A DNA stretch of 64,000 bases from Dehalococcoidia bacterium (GTDB lineage Bacteria > Chloroflexota > Dehalococcoidia > Lucifugimonadales > JAGWBF01): contig OY760073.1 of assembly GCA_963663025.1 (NCBI GenBank), positions 1,897,354-1,961,353 of the forward strand, written 5' to 3'. Under the pieces are notes generated by a model. The model was not told where the DNA came from. It saw only the letters and a program-made list of their open reading frames with translations, and ran no database searches. Each line of letters begins with the position of its first letter. Within the stretch, counting starts at the first letter, position 1. A program made the position numbers and the translations under genes. Of this stretch, positions 44,370 through 53,590 are shown piece after piece.

Positions 44370-45335
44370 TTGGGGAAGGAGCCTTTTTCTGCGTTGACCG
44401 GGCGTAAGCTGAGATTCGGGGCTGTCCTGAGCTTGGGTCTTGGCGAGACGGCGGCCGAGGCTCGATGGCTGGAGGAGCTGGGCTACGACTATTGCGGGTC
44501 GGGAGAGCACTTCATGCGCGGAGACCCGCCCAAGCCATCGTCGGCTGCTCTTTCCGCCCTGGCTGTGGCCGGGGGCGCCACCGAGACCCTCGGCTTGGTG
44601 TCCTCGGTGATCTTGCTGCCCTTCTACCATCCCACGGTCCTTGCCAAGCTGGCCACCACCATGGACATCGCCACCAACGGGCGCCTGGTGCTGGGAGTGG
44701 GCGTGGGAGGCGAGTTCCCCGTGGAGTTCCAGGCGGCCGGCCTCTCGGTGAAGCAGAGGGGGGGCAGGTCCGACGAGTGCCTGGAAGCCCTGCGCAACCT
44801 GTGGACCCGCCGCGAGGTGGACTACGAGGGGCGCCACTTCAATCTGAAGGGTGTGACCATCGAACCTCCGCCCCACCAGCAGCCCCACCCGCCGGTGTGG
44901 GTGGCCGGGCGACGGGATGCGGCCATGAAGCGGGCAGTGCGCCTGGGGGACGGCTGGCTCCCCTATTTGTACAGCCCCGAGCGGTACCGCGCCAGCGTCT
45001 CTCACATATCCTCCCTGGCGGCCGGGGAGGGCCGGGACCTGTCAGGGTTCACATGGGCCAACTTTCAGTTCATATCCATAGGCGAATCCAGGGAGCAGGC
45101 GGCCTCGGCGGCCGCCTCGGCCCTGGGCGGCCAGTACCTGTACCAGGGGAACTTCCTGGATATCGTCGGTAGCTACTGCGTGCTGGGCACCCCGGATGAG
45201 TGCGTCAGCCGTATCCAGGAGTACGTGGATGCCGGGGTTGAGCAGTTCCTGTTCAACTGGGCATGTCCGCCCGAGGATGTACCCCGGCACATCGAAACCG
45301 TCGCCAAGGAGATCATCCCGCACTTCCGGGACTAA
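44370..45335 (+). CDS. luciferase-like monooxygenase (LLM) family oxidoreductase, probably F420-dependent
   Basis: RFGAVLSLG...ARWLEELGYDY, LGVGVGGEFPVEF blocks; no ATG start, TTG 44370 or TTG 44394. Confidence 0.8.
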   Translation: MGKEPFSALTGRKLRFGAVLSLGLGETAAEARWLEELGYDYCGSGEHFMRGDPPKPSSAALSALAVAGGATETLGLVSSVILLPFYHPTVLAKLATTMDIATNGRLVLGVGVGGEFPVEFQAAGLSVKQRGGRSDECLEALRNLWTRREVDYEGRHFNLKGVTIEPPPHQQPHPPVWVAGRRDAAMKRAVRLGDGWLPYLYSPERYRASVSHISSLAAGEGRDLSGFTWANFQFISIGESREQAASAAASALGGQYLYQGNFLDIVGSYCVLGTPDECVSRIQEYVDAGVEQFLFNWACPPEDVPRHIETVAKEIIPHFRD

Positions 45336-45352
45336 CCAAGAGGAGGTGAACC

Positions 45353-46168
45353 ATGTCCGGAATCTGGCCCGGCGACATACAGTGTGTGGCTATGCTGTCC
45401 TTCGACGTGGATGGGGTGTCGTCCTGGCTCAGGCGCAACCCCGACTTCGCCAGGATGCCCAGCCTCATGTCCATGGCAGAGTACGGCCCCGGCGTGGCTG
45501 CGCCCCGCATCCTGGACATCCTGGACGCCCATGACATCAAGGCGACTTTCTTTGTGCCAGGCTACGTGGCCGAGACCCACCAGGACCTGGTTCGGGACAT
45601 CTGCGGGCGGGGGCACGAGGTGGCCCATCACGGATACATGCACGAAGCCCCCGCCTCCATGAACGCCGAGGAGGAAGAGGAGGTGATCCGAAAGGGCATC
45701 GACATTCTCCAGGGTCTGACCGGCCATCGGCCCGTCGGCTACCGATCCCCCAGCTGGGAGCTGAGCGAGGCGTCCCTGGACCTGCTGTCCCGCTACGAGT
45801 TCTCCTACGACTCCAGCCTGATGGGCGACGATGCCCCCTACATGGTGGACTCCGGAGAGGGACGGCTGGTAGAGATACCTGTGAGCTGGGTGCTGGATGA
45901 TGCTCCCCACTTCGTCCATGCCCCCTCGGCCCAGCGCACCAGCCCCATGAAGAGCCCCGACGAGGTGATGGAGATATGGCTGGCGGAGTTCGAGGGCCTG
46001 TATCGCTACGGAAGGGCCTTTCCCCTGACCATGCATCCCCAGTACATCGGGCGCCCGGGGAGGCTGCTAATGCTGGAGAAGCTCATCTCCCGGATATCAG
46101 CCTTCCCCAACGTGTCCTTCATGCGCATGATCGACGTCGCAGAGATGTGGGCGCCATCTGGCCCTTAA
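45353..46168 (+). CDS. polysaccharide deacetylase (NodB homology) family protein
   Basis: GAGGAGG RBS; SFDVDG, HDIKATFFVPG, HEVAHHGYMH metal/catalytic motifs. Confidence 0.85.
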   Translation: MSGIWPGDIQCVAMLSFDVDGVSSWLRRNPDFARMPSLMSMAEYGPGVAAPRILDILDAHDIKATFFVPGYVAETHQDLVRDICGRGHEVAHHGYMHEAPASMNAEEEEEVIRKGIDILQGLTGHRPVGYRSPSWELSEASLDLLSRYEFSYDSSLMGDDAPYMVDSGEGRLVEIPVSWVLDDAPHFVHAPSAQRTSPMKSPDEVMEIWLAEFEGLYRYGRAFPLTMHPQYIGRPGRLLMLEKLISRISAFPNVSFMRMIDVAEMWAPSGP

Positions 46169-46187
46169 GAGGGCCCTAGACTCCCGC

Positions 46188-46516
46188 GTGCGAAGACTAT
46201 AGCGCTACCCAGCCCGGTCCGTCCGTTCGCCCTTCGATTTCCCTCAGGACGAACGGACGGAGGATTTGGCAATAGGGGCGCAGACTCCAGCTTGCGCGGA
46301 AGAGACGGTATTTGGGGTATCCACGCTTTTTGTCATTGCGGCGTAGGCCGCAATCCAGGACGGAGCAATGCCGGGTTCAAGGTTGGAACCACCAACATTC
46401 CAAGCTTAGGGATAGGGCGCCTGTCCCCAGACCTAAGTTTCCTGGATTGCGGCCTACGCCGCAATGACGGGGCCAGTCCCCTTCACCCCAGCCCTCTCCC
46501 CCCAGGGGCGAGGGGG
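46188..46516. repeat. REP/BIME-like mosaic array 10
   Basis: Modules E, B, E, A, A, C. Confidence 0.85.
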
Positions 46517-46645
46517 AAAATATTCTTGCGAGGCGGCCCCGGTGCTCGTTGACACGTATGGAGGCGGAATGATACATTGATGGGTGAATTAGCAGCTTCA
46601 TAGGGAAGCTGCTAACCATGCTTCCATGATCCCAGGAGGACCGAT

Positions 46646-46975
46646 TTGCCGCGGTACGATTACGAATGCACGGAGTGTGGACACACCTTTGAGTTGAAGC
46701 AGAGCTTCGACTCGGCCCCCGAGGGCAGTTGTCCCATCTGCTCCGGCTTCTCCAAACGTAAGTTCCACGCAGTCCCCATCATATACAAAGGCTCCGGCTT
46801 CTATACCACCGACTACAAGGGCACCGGCTATAGTCCCGCCTCCAAGGATGTGGACGAGGGCGATTCGGCGGGGAAAGCCCAAGCTGACGCCGAGAAGGCC
46901 AAGACCGAGGACAAGCAAAAGGCAGAAAAGCTGATGGAAACGGCGGAAGCTGCCAAAAAGGGGACCGCTATTTGA
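46646..46975 (+). CDS. FmdB-family zinc-ribbon protein
   Basis: TTG start after AGGAGG; MPRYDYECTECGHTFE...CPICSG CxxC-CxxC ribbon. Confidence 0.8.
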   Translation: MPRYDYECTECGHTFELKQSFDSAPEGSCPICSGFSKRKFHAVPIIYKGSGFYTTDYKGTGYSPASKDVDEGDSAGKAQADAEKAKTEDKQKAEKLMETAEAAKKGTAI

Positions 46976-47472
46976 GACTCCTCCTCCAGCGGGTAGCGCA
47001 CGCTTCCGTAAGCGTGCAAGGGCTGGAGGTTGGCAGGATCGGCAAAGGGCTCCTGGTTCTGGTCGGAATAGCCAGGGAAGACTCTCAGGAAGACATCCGC
47101 TATCTCTCCGACAAGCTCCTGAATCTGCGAATATTCTTCGGAGACTCCGACAGGTTTGATCGCTCTGCCCTGGATATCGGGGCAGAGCTTCTTGTTATCA
47201 GCCAGTTCACCCTCTATGGCAGCACCCGCAAAGGCCGACGCCCCGATTTCACAGAGGCAGCCGTTCCCGGAGATGCTGAACGCCTCTACGGCCAGTTCGT
47301 GGAAGCTCTCCGCGCTTCAGGCCTCCGGGTGGAGACGGGACGCTTCGGGGAGTACATGCAGGTAGAGCTGCTGAACGATGGGCCGGTTACGCTGATGCTG
47401 GACAGCGCCGAGCGTTCCCAGCCCCGCCGTTCTAGGCAGACATCCAGCCACGACCCTGGAAATAGCCCCTGA
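46972..47472 (+). CDS. dtd: D-aminoacyl-tRNA deacylase
   Basis: MRLLLQRV...GLLVLVGI...SQFTLYG...RPDF blocks; 4-nt overlap with upstream gene. Confidence 0.9.
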   Translation: MRLLLQRVAHASVSVQGLEVGRIGKGLLVLVGIAREDSQEDIRYLSDKLLNLRIFFGDSDRFDRSALDIGAELLVISQFTLYGSTRKGRRPDFTEAAVPGDAERLYGQFVEALRASGLRVETGRFGEYMQVELLNDGPVTLMLDSAERSQPRRSRQTSSHDPGNSP

Positions 47473-47962
47473 GGTAGGCAATCTGCCCGCCGTGGGAAAT
47501 GTTGTCGAAGATCATGACCTCCATAGCAGCTCCCACGGAACGGGGTTCGGCTACGGGAGGTATGACCTTCACCACATCCAAATCGGCATCGCCAAGGAAT
47601 GACAGGTACTCCCGGGCGCTGGCCCGCACCGCTTCGGAGTAGGCTATCAGGTCATCCTTGGACGGGACAGCCCACTGGGAGACCTGCTCGGCGGTCCAGC
47701 CCACACCCCGGTTCTCGGGGTCGTCGCTCATGCCGAACCTGCTGTGCCAGCCGCCGTCTATCCACACCTGGGCCTTAGACTGGAAGCGGGTGTTGATGAA
47801 GGTGTCCAGCACCCGGTACATGTGCCACATCAGCCATGCTACGGAGTTGCACCCTTCGGCGGGAATGGCTCCAAAGTTGGACTCCTCCAGGTCTTTGATA
47901 GCGTTGTCCACCGTGTTCCAGTTCCGTTCCAGTACGCTCAGAGTTCTCTGCGGTGCTGCCAA
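47432..47962 (-). CDS. DinB-superfamily protein
   Basis: 176 aa; four-helix DinB pattern with WLMWHMYRVLD and HGGQIAYLRG His motifs. Confidence 0.75.
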   Translation of the reverse strand: MAAPQRTLSVLERNWNTVDNAIKDLEESNFGAIPAEGCNSVAWLMWHMYRVLDTFINTRFQSKAQVWIDGGWHSRFGMSDDPENRGVGWTAEQVSQWAVPSKDDLIAYSEAVRASAREYLSFLGDADLDVVKVIPPVAEPRSVGAAMEVMIFDNISHGGQIAYLRGYFQGRGWMSA

Positions 47963-47990
47963 GTTCCACCTCTTAGGCCAAGATTGCCGG

Positions 47991-48857
47991 CTACGCCGGC
48001 TGCTGTCCGAACACCAAATCCAAGCTGATGTCCAGGGCGTCGGGTGAGTGGGTCAGGCCTCCCACGGAGATGAGGTCCACCCCTGTTTCGGCCACCGTCC
48101 GCACGCTGTCCATGTTGATGCCCCCCGATGCTTCGATGACCGCCCGCCCATCCACGATCTCGACGCATCGGCGCATCTCCTCGGGGGTCATGTTGTCCAG
48201 CATTATAATGTGCGCTCCGCCTGCCAGGGCCTCCTCCAGCTCCTCCAGGTTGGTCACCTCCACCTCCACCTTGATGGTGTGGGAGGCCCGGCCGATTGCC
48301 AGCTCCACAGTCTCTTTCAGGGAGACACCCCGGGAGCGGAGGGCACGTATGTGGTTGTCCTTGATCAGTATGCCGTCGGCCAGGTTCTGCCTGTGGTTGA
48401 AGCCTCCGCCCGCCCGGACGGCGTACTTGTCCAGGTACCTCATGCCGGGGGCAGTCTTACGGGTGTCTATGATGCGCGGCCCAAGGCCCTGCACAGCCTC
48501 CACGTAATGGGCGGTGGCGGTTGCGATGCCGCTCATACGCTGGAGCAGGTTCAGGGCGGTGCGCTCGGCCTGCAATATGCTGCACGCCCTGCCGGACACC
48601 CGGGCTGCTATATCCCCCGGGCCCAGCCTATGGCTGTCAGGCAGAAGGGCTTCTGTCAGGAGGTCAGGGTCCACCCTTTGGAATACGGCCAGGGACACAT
48701 CCACCCCTGCCAGCACGCCCGATGCCTTGGCTTTCAGCACACCCACCCCACGCAGGTCCGGCGGTACGATATCCCTGGTCGTAGGATCGTTGAAGGCCTG
48801 GTCCTCGGACAAGGCGTTGTCTATCAGAGCCTGGACTTCAGGGATATGCTGAAGCAA
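47991..48857 (-). CDS. nadC: nicotinate-nucleotide pyrophosphorylase (carboxylating)
   Basis: 288 aa; ERTALNLLQRMSGIAT, IIDTRKTAPGMR, IMLDNM, ASGGI blocks. Confidence 0.9.
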   Translation of the reverse strand: MLQHIPEVQALIDNALSEDQAFNDPTTRDIVPPDLRGVGVLKAKASGVLAGVDVSLAVFQRVDPDLLTEALLPDSHRLGPGDIAARVSGRACSILQAERTALNLLQRMSGIATATAHYVEAVQGLGPRIIDTRKTAPGMRYLDKYAVRAGGGFNHRQNLADGILIKDNHIRALRSRGVSLKETVELAIGRASHTIKVEVEVTNLEELEEALAGGAHIIMLDNMTPEEMRRCVEIVDGRAVIEASGGINMDSVRTVAETGVDLISVGGLTHSPDALDISLDLVFGQQPA

Positions 48858-48905
48858 TGGTTCCTCGCTGGGTGTAATAACGGCGGCCCCTGCCGGAGGT
48901 AGGGG

Positions 48906-50126
48906 CTAGGCCAGCCGGAGCATGTTCTCCAGGGCTATCCGGGAGTAGTGACGGGTGTCTTCGTCGACTGTGATCCGGTTCACCACCCGCCCCTCCACCA
49001 GCTCTTCCAGCACCCACAGCAGGTAGGCCGGATGGATGCGGTACATGGTGGAGCAGGGGCACACCACCGGGTCCAGGCAGAAGATCGTCTTATCGGGATT
49101 GGCTTGGGCCAGCCGGTTGACTAGATTGATCTCGGTGCCCACTCCCCAGATGGTGCCCGGCGGGGCTTCATTGATAACCTGGCAGATAAGCTCCGTCGAT
49201 CCGTTCAGGTCCGCCGCGTTGATAACCTCGGTTGTGCACTCGGGGTGGACCAGGATGTTGATGTCCGGGAAACGGCTCCGGGCCGCCTCTATTTGCCGAA
49301 TGGTGAAGCGGGTGTGCACCGAGCAGTGGCCCTGCCACAGCACCAGCTTGGCGCGGCGCAGCGCTTCAGGAGTGTGGCCTCCCAGGGGCTTGAATGGGTT
49401 CCACACAATCATTTCCTCAGGAGCCACACCCAGGTTCAACGCTGTGTTGCGCCCCAGGTGCTGGTCGGGCAGGAAGAACACCCGGTCGGCCCGGTCATAG
49501 GCCCATCGCAGCGCTTCATGGGCGTTGGAGGAGGTGCAGACGATCCCGCCTTGGCGCCCGCACAAGCTCTTCAGGGCCGCGGCTGTGTTCATATAGGCCA
49601 CCGGCAGGATGGCGCCGTGGCCATCCAGCACATCGGATAGGTCATCCCATGCGTCCATGACATCATCCATGGGCGCCATGTCGGCCATGGAGCATCCGGC
49701 CGCCATGTTGGGCAGGACCACCTGCTGGTGGGGGGCGCATAATATGCAGGCTGTTTCGGCCATGAAATGCACACCGCAGAACACGATGAAGTCGGCCTCG
49801 GGACGGGAAGCGGCGTTCTGGGACAGCTTGAAGGAGTCCCCCCGGTAGTCCACATGCTTGATGATCTCTTCTCGCTGGTAGTGGTGTCCCAGAATAGTGA
49901 CTGTGCGACCCAGCGCCCTCTTGGCATCGGTGATGCGCCGGTCCAGGGTCTCCGGGTCCAATGCCTGGTACTCGGGGGGTATCTGCTGCCACCGCACGTT
50001 GACCTTCAGCTCATCCAGCAGGGGCTGGGGCCTCAGGCTATCTTCGCTGCGGCAGAAAGCAGTCTGTTCCACCTCGCTAAGGGGAACGGAGAGCTTTCTG
50101 GTCGGCTGTCTGGCGATTGTGCTCAC
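48906..50126 (-). CDS. nadA: quinolinate synthase
   Basis: 406 aa, GTG start; FCGVHFMAETA, HPEC, CPCSTMYRI blocks; about 70-aa N-terminal extension. Confidence 0.9.
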   Translation of the reverse strand: MSTIARQPTRKLSVPLSEVEQTAFCRSEDSLRPQPLLDELKVNVRWQQIPPEYQALDPETLDRRITDAKRALGRTVTILGHHYQREEIIKHVDYRGDSFKLSQNAASRPEADFIVFCGVHFMAETACILCAPHQQVVLPNMAAGCSMADMAPMDDVMDAWDDLSDVLDGHGAILPVAYMNTAAALKSLCGRQGGIVCTSSNAHEALRWAYDRADRVFFLPDQHLGRNTALNLGVAPEEMIVWNPFKPLGGHTPEALRRAKLVLWQGHCSVHTRFTIRQIEAARSRFPDINILVHPECTTEVINAADLNGSTELICQVINEAPPGTIWGVGTEINLVNRLAQANPDKTIFCLDPVVCPCSTMYRIHPAYLLWVLEELVEGRVVNRITVDEDTRHYSRIALENMLRLA

Positions 50127-50160
50127 CTTTAGAGCTTCTCCCCGCTGGCAATCTGGGCCA

Positions 50161-51435
50161 TCAGGCTACCGCTCCCTGCAGCGACCAAGGACTTGTGCGG
50201 GTGATACGGACATCCAGAATATGGCCCAGGAGGTCGCCTTCATCTTCGATGAACACCAGCTTGTCCGAGCGGGTGCGGCCCTGCCACTTGCCCTTGTGGT
50301 GGCCGTCCACCAGCACCTCTACCTGCTGGTCCAGGAAGGATGCGTTGGTCCTGGTGAGTATGCCCTCCTGGAGCAGGTCCAGGTTCTTGAGCCGGTAATC
50401 CTTGTCTTCGGCGGATACATCGTCGGGCATGGAGCGGTGAGCGATGGTGCCCGGCCTGGTCGAATAGGCAGCGGCGTGCACCTTGCTGAACTCCAGGTCC
50501 TTAACCATCTGCACCGTCGAGTCGTACTGCTCCCGGGTCTCGCCGGGAAAGCCTACGATGATATCCGTGCTGATGGATGCATCGGGCATAGAGGCTCGGA
50601 TGTCGGCGACAAGCCGGCGGTACTCAGCCGCAGTGTAGCGGCGGCGCATCCTCTCCAGCACCTGGTCGTCCCCGGCCTGCACGGGCAGGTTGATGTGCTC
50701 GCACACCTTGTCCAGGCTGGCGACGGCATCGATGATGTCCCTGGTCATGAAGCTGGGGTGGGACGTAAGGAAGCGGATCCTGAGCAGGCCGTCGATGGCG
50801 TTAAGGGCCGTGAGCAGGTGGGCCAAGCTGGGCTGGTCGGGCAGGTCATACCCGTAGGCATCGACCGTCTGGCCCAGGAGAGTGACCTCTTTCACGCCTC
50901 GCTGGACCAGAGCGCGCACCTCTTCCACAACCTCGGTTACCGGCCTGCTGACCTGGCGCCCCCGGCGGTAGGGAATGATGCAGAAGGTGCACATAAGGTC
51001 GCAGCCATGAATTATTGGAACGTAGCTGCGAACTGACGGCTGGGGAGGCAGCAGGGGACCCACGCAGCCCTCCCAGTCCAAGCCCAGGCGGTCTCCCACC
51101 AATTCCAGGAGGGGTCCGAACTTCTGGGGCTGCATGAATGTGTCCACGTAGGGAAAGCGGGTTTCCAGGTCGGCGGTCTTGGGCCCCACCATGCATCCCA
51201 TCAGCGCCAGGATGCTCCCGGGCCTGCGCTGCTTGAGGGACTTCATGGAGCCCAGGTTCCCCACCACCTTGTCCTCTGCGCCCTGGCGCACCACGCACGA
51301 GTTTAGAACGATCACGTCGGCATCCCCGGGGCTGGAAGCGGCTTCCAGGCCCATCTGCTCCAGGGCTCCTGCCAGGCGCTCGGAGTCGGCGGTGTTCATC
51401 TGGCATCCGATTGTCCAAATATGGTAGTTCTTCAT
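50161..51435 (-). CDS. miaB: tRNA-2-methylthio-N6-dimethylallyladenosine synthase
   Basis: MKNYHIWTIGCQMN UPF0004 N-domain, radical SAM CDLMCTFC, C-terminal TRAM domain. Confidence 0.9.
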   Translation of the reverse strand: MKNYHIWTIGCQMNTADSERLAGALEQMGLEAASSPGDADVIVLNSCVVRQGAEDKVVGNLGSMKSLKQRRPGSILALMGCMVGPKTADLETRFPYVDTFMQPQKFGPLLELVGDRLGLDWEGCVGPLLPPQPSVRSYVPIIHGCDLMCTFCIIPYRRGRQVSRPVTEVVEEVRALVQRGVKEVTLLGQTVDAYGYDLPDQPSLAHLLTALNAIDGLLRIRFLTSHPSFMTRDIIDAVASLDKVCEHINLPVQAGDDQVLERMRRRYTAAEYRRLVADIRASMPDASISTDIIVGFPGETREQYDSTVQMVKDLEFSKVHAAAYSTRPGTIAHRSMPDDVSAEDKDYRLKNLDLLQEGILTRTNASFLDQQVEVLVDGHHKGKWQGRTRSDKLVFIEDEGDLLGHILDVRITRTSPWSLQGAVA

Positions 51436-51462
51436 GTGTTTTTCAGAGGGAATGCCGGAAGT

Positions 51463-51554
51463 TGGCGGAGGGAATGGGATTCGAACCCATGAGCCCGATT
51501 TCTCGGGCTAAGCGCTTAGCAGGCGCCCGCACTAGGCCACTATGCGATCCCTCC
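51463..51554 (-). tRNA. tRNA-Ser (anticodon GCU), CCA encoded
   Basis: Hand-folded cloverleaf. Acceptor GGAGGGA/TCCCTCC, D stem GCA/TGC, anticodon stem GGCGC/GCGCT with loop CTGCTAA, 7-bp long variable arm AGCCCGA-GAAA-TCGGGCT, T arm ATGGG-TTCGAAT-CCCAT, then G-CCA. Confidence 0.85.
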
Positions 51555-51564
51555 CGTGTGGGCC

Positions 51565-51594
51565 AATATAGCAGAGCGGCGTTTGGCTAATCAA
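51565..51594 (-). promoter_or_regulatory. sigma70-like promoter of tRNA-Ser (and possibly miaB)
   Basis: Reverse complement: TTGATT - 18 nt - TATATT, ending about 10 nt upstream of the tRNA 5' end. Confidence 0.4.
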
Positions 51595-51651
51595 CCGACG
51601 CATGTGAAATAAATCACAGCTTGGGCATCCATGGACAGTCCATCGAGAACC

Positions 51652-52905
51652 CTAGCTCTGCTGGGTCGCTTCCACAGGTTCGTAGAGCACCCGGAACCCT
51701 ATTGAAACCGCCACAGTGGCGAGGCACACCCAAAAGCCGGCCAACATTACCGCCATCTCGATGCCCAGCGCATTGGCGGCGACCCCTCCCAGCAGCCCGG
51801 CTATGGGCATCAGGCCGACGAACATGGTGAAAACGGACGTAACTCTACCCCGGACCTTGTCGTCCACATACAACTGCACCATGGTGAGGGACATGATGTT
51901 GGACAGCTCATCCACACCCCTAAGCAGGGCAAACACAACCAGGCTCAGGAGCAGCCAGGGCACCTGGGAGAAACCCACAAGCAACAGCCCAGCCAGTCCC
52001 GCCGTAACAAACATGATCCTGCCCTTATCGGGGGTGTTTGCCAGGTGGACCGAGAGCAGGGTTGCCAGGAAACCCCCGATGGCGGCGGCTGTGTGCAGGA
52101 ACCCGTATCCCTCAGCACCAGCGCCCAGCACCTCCTCGGAAAAAACGGGGAGCAGGGTGAAGACTGCAACCCCTCCGAAGAAGCACAGCAGCAGCTCCAG
52201 CATCGTAAGCCCCAGGATTCGTCTCTCGGAGCGGATGTAAGAGAGCCCTTCCACCAGGTTGGCTAGGGGAGTAGACCTTCTCACCGCTTCGGTGTCGTGG
52301 GGAACGGGCTTTAACACGAAGAAGGGGAACATGCAGCCCCCGTACACCACCGCCTGGGCATACAGGGTCGCCTCTACCCCGAACAGCCCGATCATTATCC
52401 CGATGAAGGCCGGGGAGACGATGCGGAACCCCTCGAATCCCGTCCTGTACAGGGCAAGGGCCGTCGGGAGCATCTCCTTTGGGCATGAACGGGCCAGGTA
52501 GGTCCTCCTGACAGGGCTGCCTATGGCGTACCCTATTCCGGTGAAGAACATGAAGGTGTAGATCTGCCAGTCCTGCACTTCGCTGTAGCGCACGAACAGG
52601 GCGAAGGCTGAGGTCAGGGAGGCCATGTAAACGGATGTGGCGATAAGGAGCACCCTTCCCTCGATGCGGTCGGCCAGCACCCCAAAGAATGGGCTGAACA
52701 GCAGGGGCATGTACCTGATCCCGATGGCGAGGGCGACGACGGTGGCAGAGCCTGTAACCTCGTATGCCAGCCAGCCCACCGAGACGAAGACGAAAGAGTT
52801 TCCCCAAGAGATTAGGATGGTGCCGGCGATGATCAGGCTGACGTTGCGGATGCGCAGGGCAGCCAGGGAACTGGAAAGCCTCTCCTTTAAGGCAGGCATT
52901 TTCAT
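51652..52905 (-). CDS. MFS transporter
   Basis: 417 aa, about 12 hydrophobic helices, MFS-like loop motifs. Confidence 0.85.
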   Translation of the reverse strand: MKMPALKERLSSSLAALRIRNVSLIIAGTILISWGNSFVFVSVGWLAYEVTGSATVVALAIGIRYMPLLFSPFFGVLADRIEGRVLLIATSVYMASLTSAFALFVRYSEVQDWQIYTFMFFTGIGYAIGSPVRRTYLARSCPKEMLPTALALYRTGFEGFRIVSPAFIGIMIGLFGVEATLYAQAVVYGGCMFPFFVLKPVPHDTEAVRRSTPLANLVEGLSYIRSERRILGLTMLELLLCFFGGVAVFTLLPVFSEEVLGAGAEGYGFLHTAAAIGGFLATLLSVHLANTPDKGRIMFVTAGLAGLLLVGFSQVPWLLLSLVVFALLRGVDELSNIMSLTMVQLYVDDKVRGRVTSVFTMFVGLMPIAGLLGGVAANALGIEMAVMLAGFWVCLATVAVSIGFRVLYEPVEATQQS

Positions 52906-52966
52906 GGCTCATTCCAATGTAGTACCACTAGAAGCAGGCGGTCAATGGCAGGCCGATTAGCTTTCG

Positions 52967-52995
52967 TTGACAGGTAAAGTACCCTAACCTAATAT
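52967..52995 (+). promoter_or_regulatory. sigma70-like promoter of lrp
   Basis: TTGACA (52967-52972) - 17 nt - TAATAT (52990-52995). Confidence 0.45.
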
Positions 52996-53068
52996 GAACA
53001 CCGAAGCAGACCCCATTGGTATCACCTACACCCTCTTCCCTTGATGGGAAAAGGCTACTCAGAGAAGG

Positions 53069-53509
53069 ATGGACGAGCTAGACGCCAGGATCATAAAGGT
53101 GCTCCAGACCGACGGGCGGGCCTCCAACTCCCACATTTCCCGGGAGGTTGGCGTGAGTGAAGGGACGGTCCGTCGCAGGCTGCATCACCTGGTCAAAGAC
53201 GATATGATCAAGGTCGTCGCCATTCCCAACCTGGACCAGATGGGGAACGGCACCGCCGCTCTCATCGGCATCCGCACCCATCCTGCAAGCGTGGAAGCCA
53301 TTGCCGACACGTTGAGCGATCTCGAGGAGGTCCACTACGTCTCCATCACCACCGGGGCGTGGGACATCTTCATCTGGATGAGGGCCCAGTCAACGGAGGA
53401 GCTGGGGGCGTTCCTGCGCAACCAGATAGCCGTCATTCCCGGGGTCATGCAGACCGAGACATTCATAAATCTGTCTATAAAGAAGCGCACCTACGGGATG
53501 GCCATGTAA
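53069..53509 (+). CDS. lrp: Lrp/AsnC-family transcriptional regulator
   Basis: LDARIIKVLQTDGRASNSHISREVGVSEGTVRRRL HTH plus C-terminal RAM domain. Confidence 0.9.
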   Translation: MDELDARIIKVLQTDGRASNSHISREVGVSEGTVRRRLHHLVKDDMIKVVAIPNLDQMGNGTAALIGIRTHPASVEAIADTLSDLEEVHYVSITTGAWDIFIWMRAQSTEELGAFLRNQIAVIPGVMQTETFINLSIKKRTYGMAM

Positions 53510-53590
53510 CGGGCCAATAGCGCCCCCTGAGCCGGGACGGTGCCATCCCACGCTAACCTTAGATTCCCGCCATTCGAGAGGAGTCGCAAG

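Noticed and set aside
43920-45005. 361-aa minus-strand ORF spanning the array end and the LLM gene
   Set aside because: Part repeat translation, part antisense shadow of the LLM oxidoreductase.
47432-47472. 41-nt convergent overlap of the dtd and DinB-family genes
   Set aside because: Probably just the long C-terminal tail of the dtd ORF (166 aa against the usual 150 or so). I see no evidence of functional significance.
48048-48902. 284-aa plus-strand ORF opposite nadC (similarly 53390..54202 opposite aconitase, 60273..61091 opposite the acyl-CoA synthetase, 45332..46036 opposite the deacetylase, 52112..52912 off-frame in the MFS gene)
   Set aside because: All are shadows of genes that have strong family motifs in the other frame or strand.
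50127-50160. Looked for an NAD+ (nadA-motif) riboswitch upstream of nadA
   Set aside because: Only 34 nt separate the nadA start from the miaB stop, which leaves no room for an aptamer.
49897-51036. 379-aa plus-strand ORF across nadA and miaB
   Set aside because: Antisense to two well-supported minus-strand genes. It crosses their intergenic gap, which a real gene would not be expected to do.
53031-53052. CCCTCTTCCCTTGATGGGAAAAGG upstream of lrp resembles repeat module D
   Set aside because: It is an isolated degenerate fragment that has lost its palindrome. It is not an array and may be a relic only.
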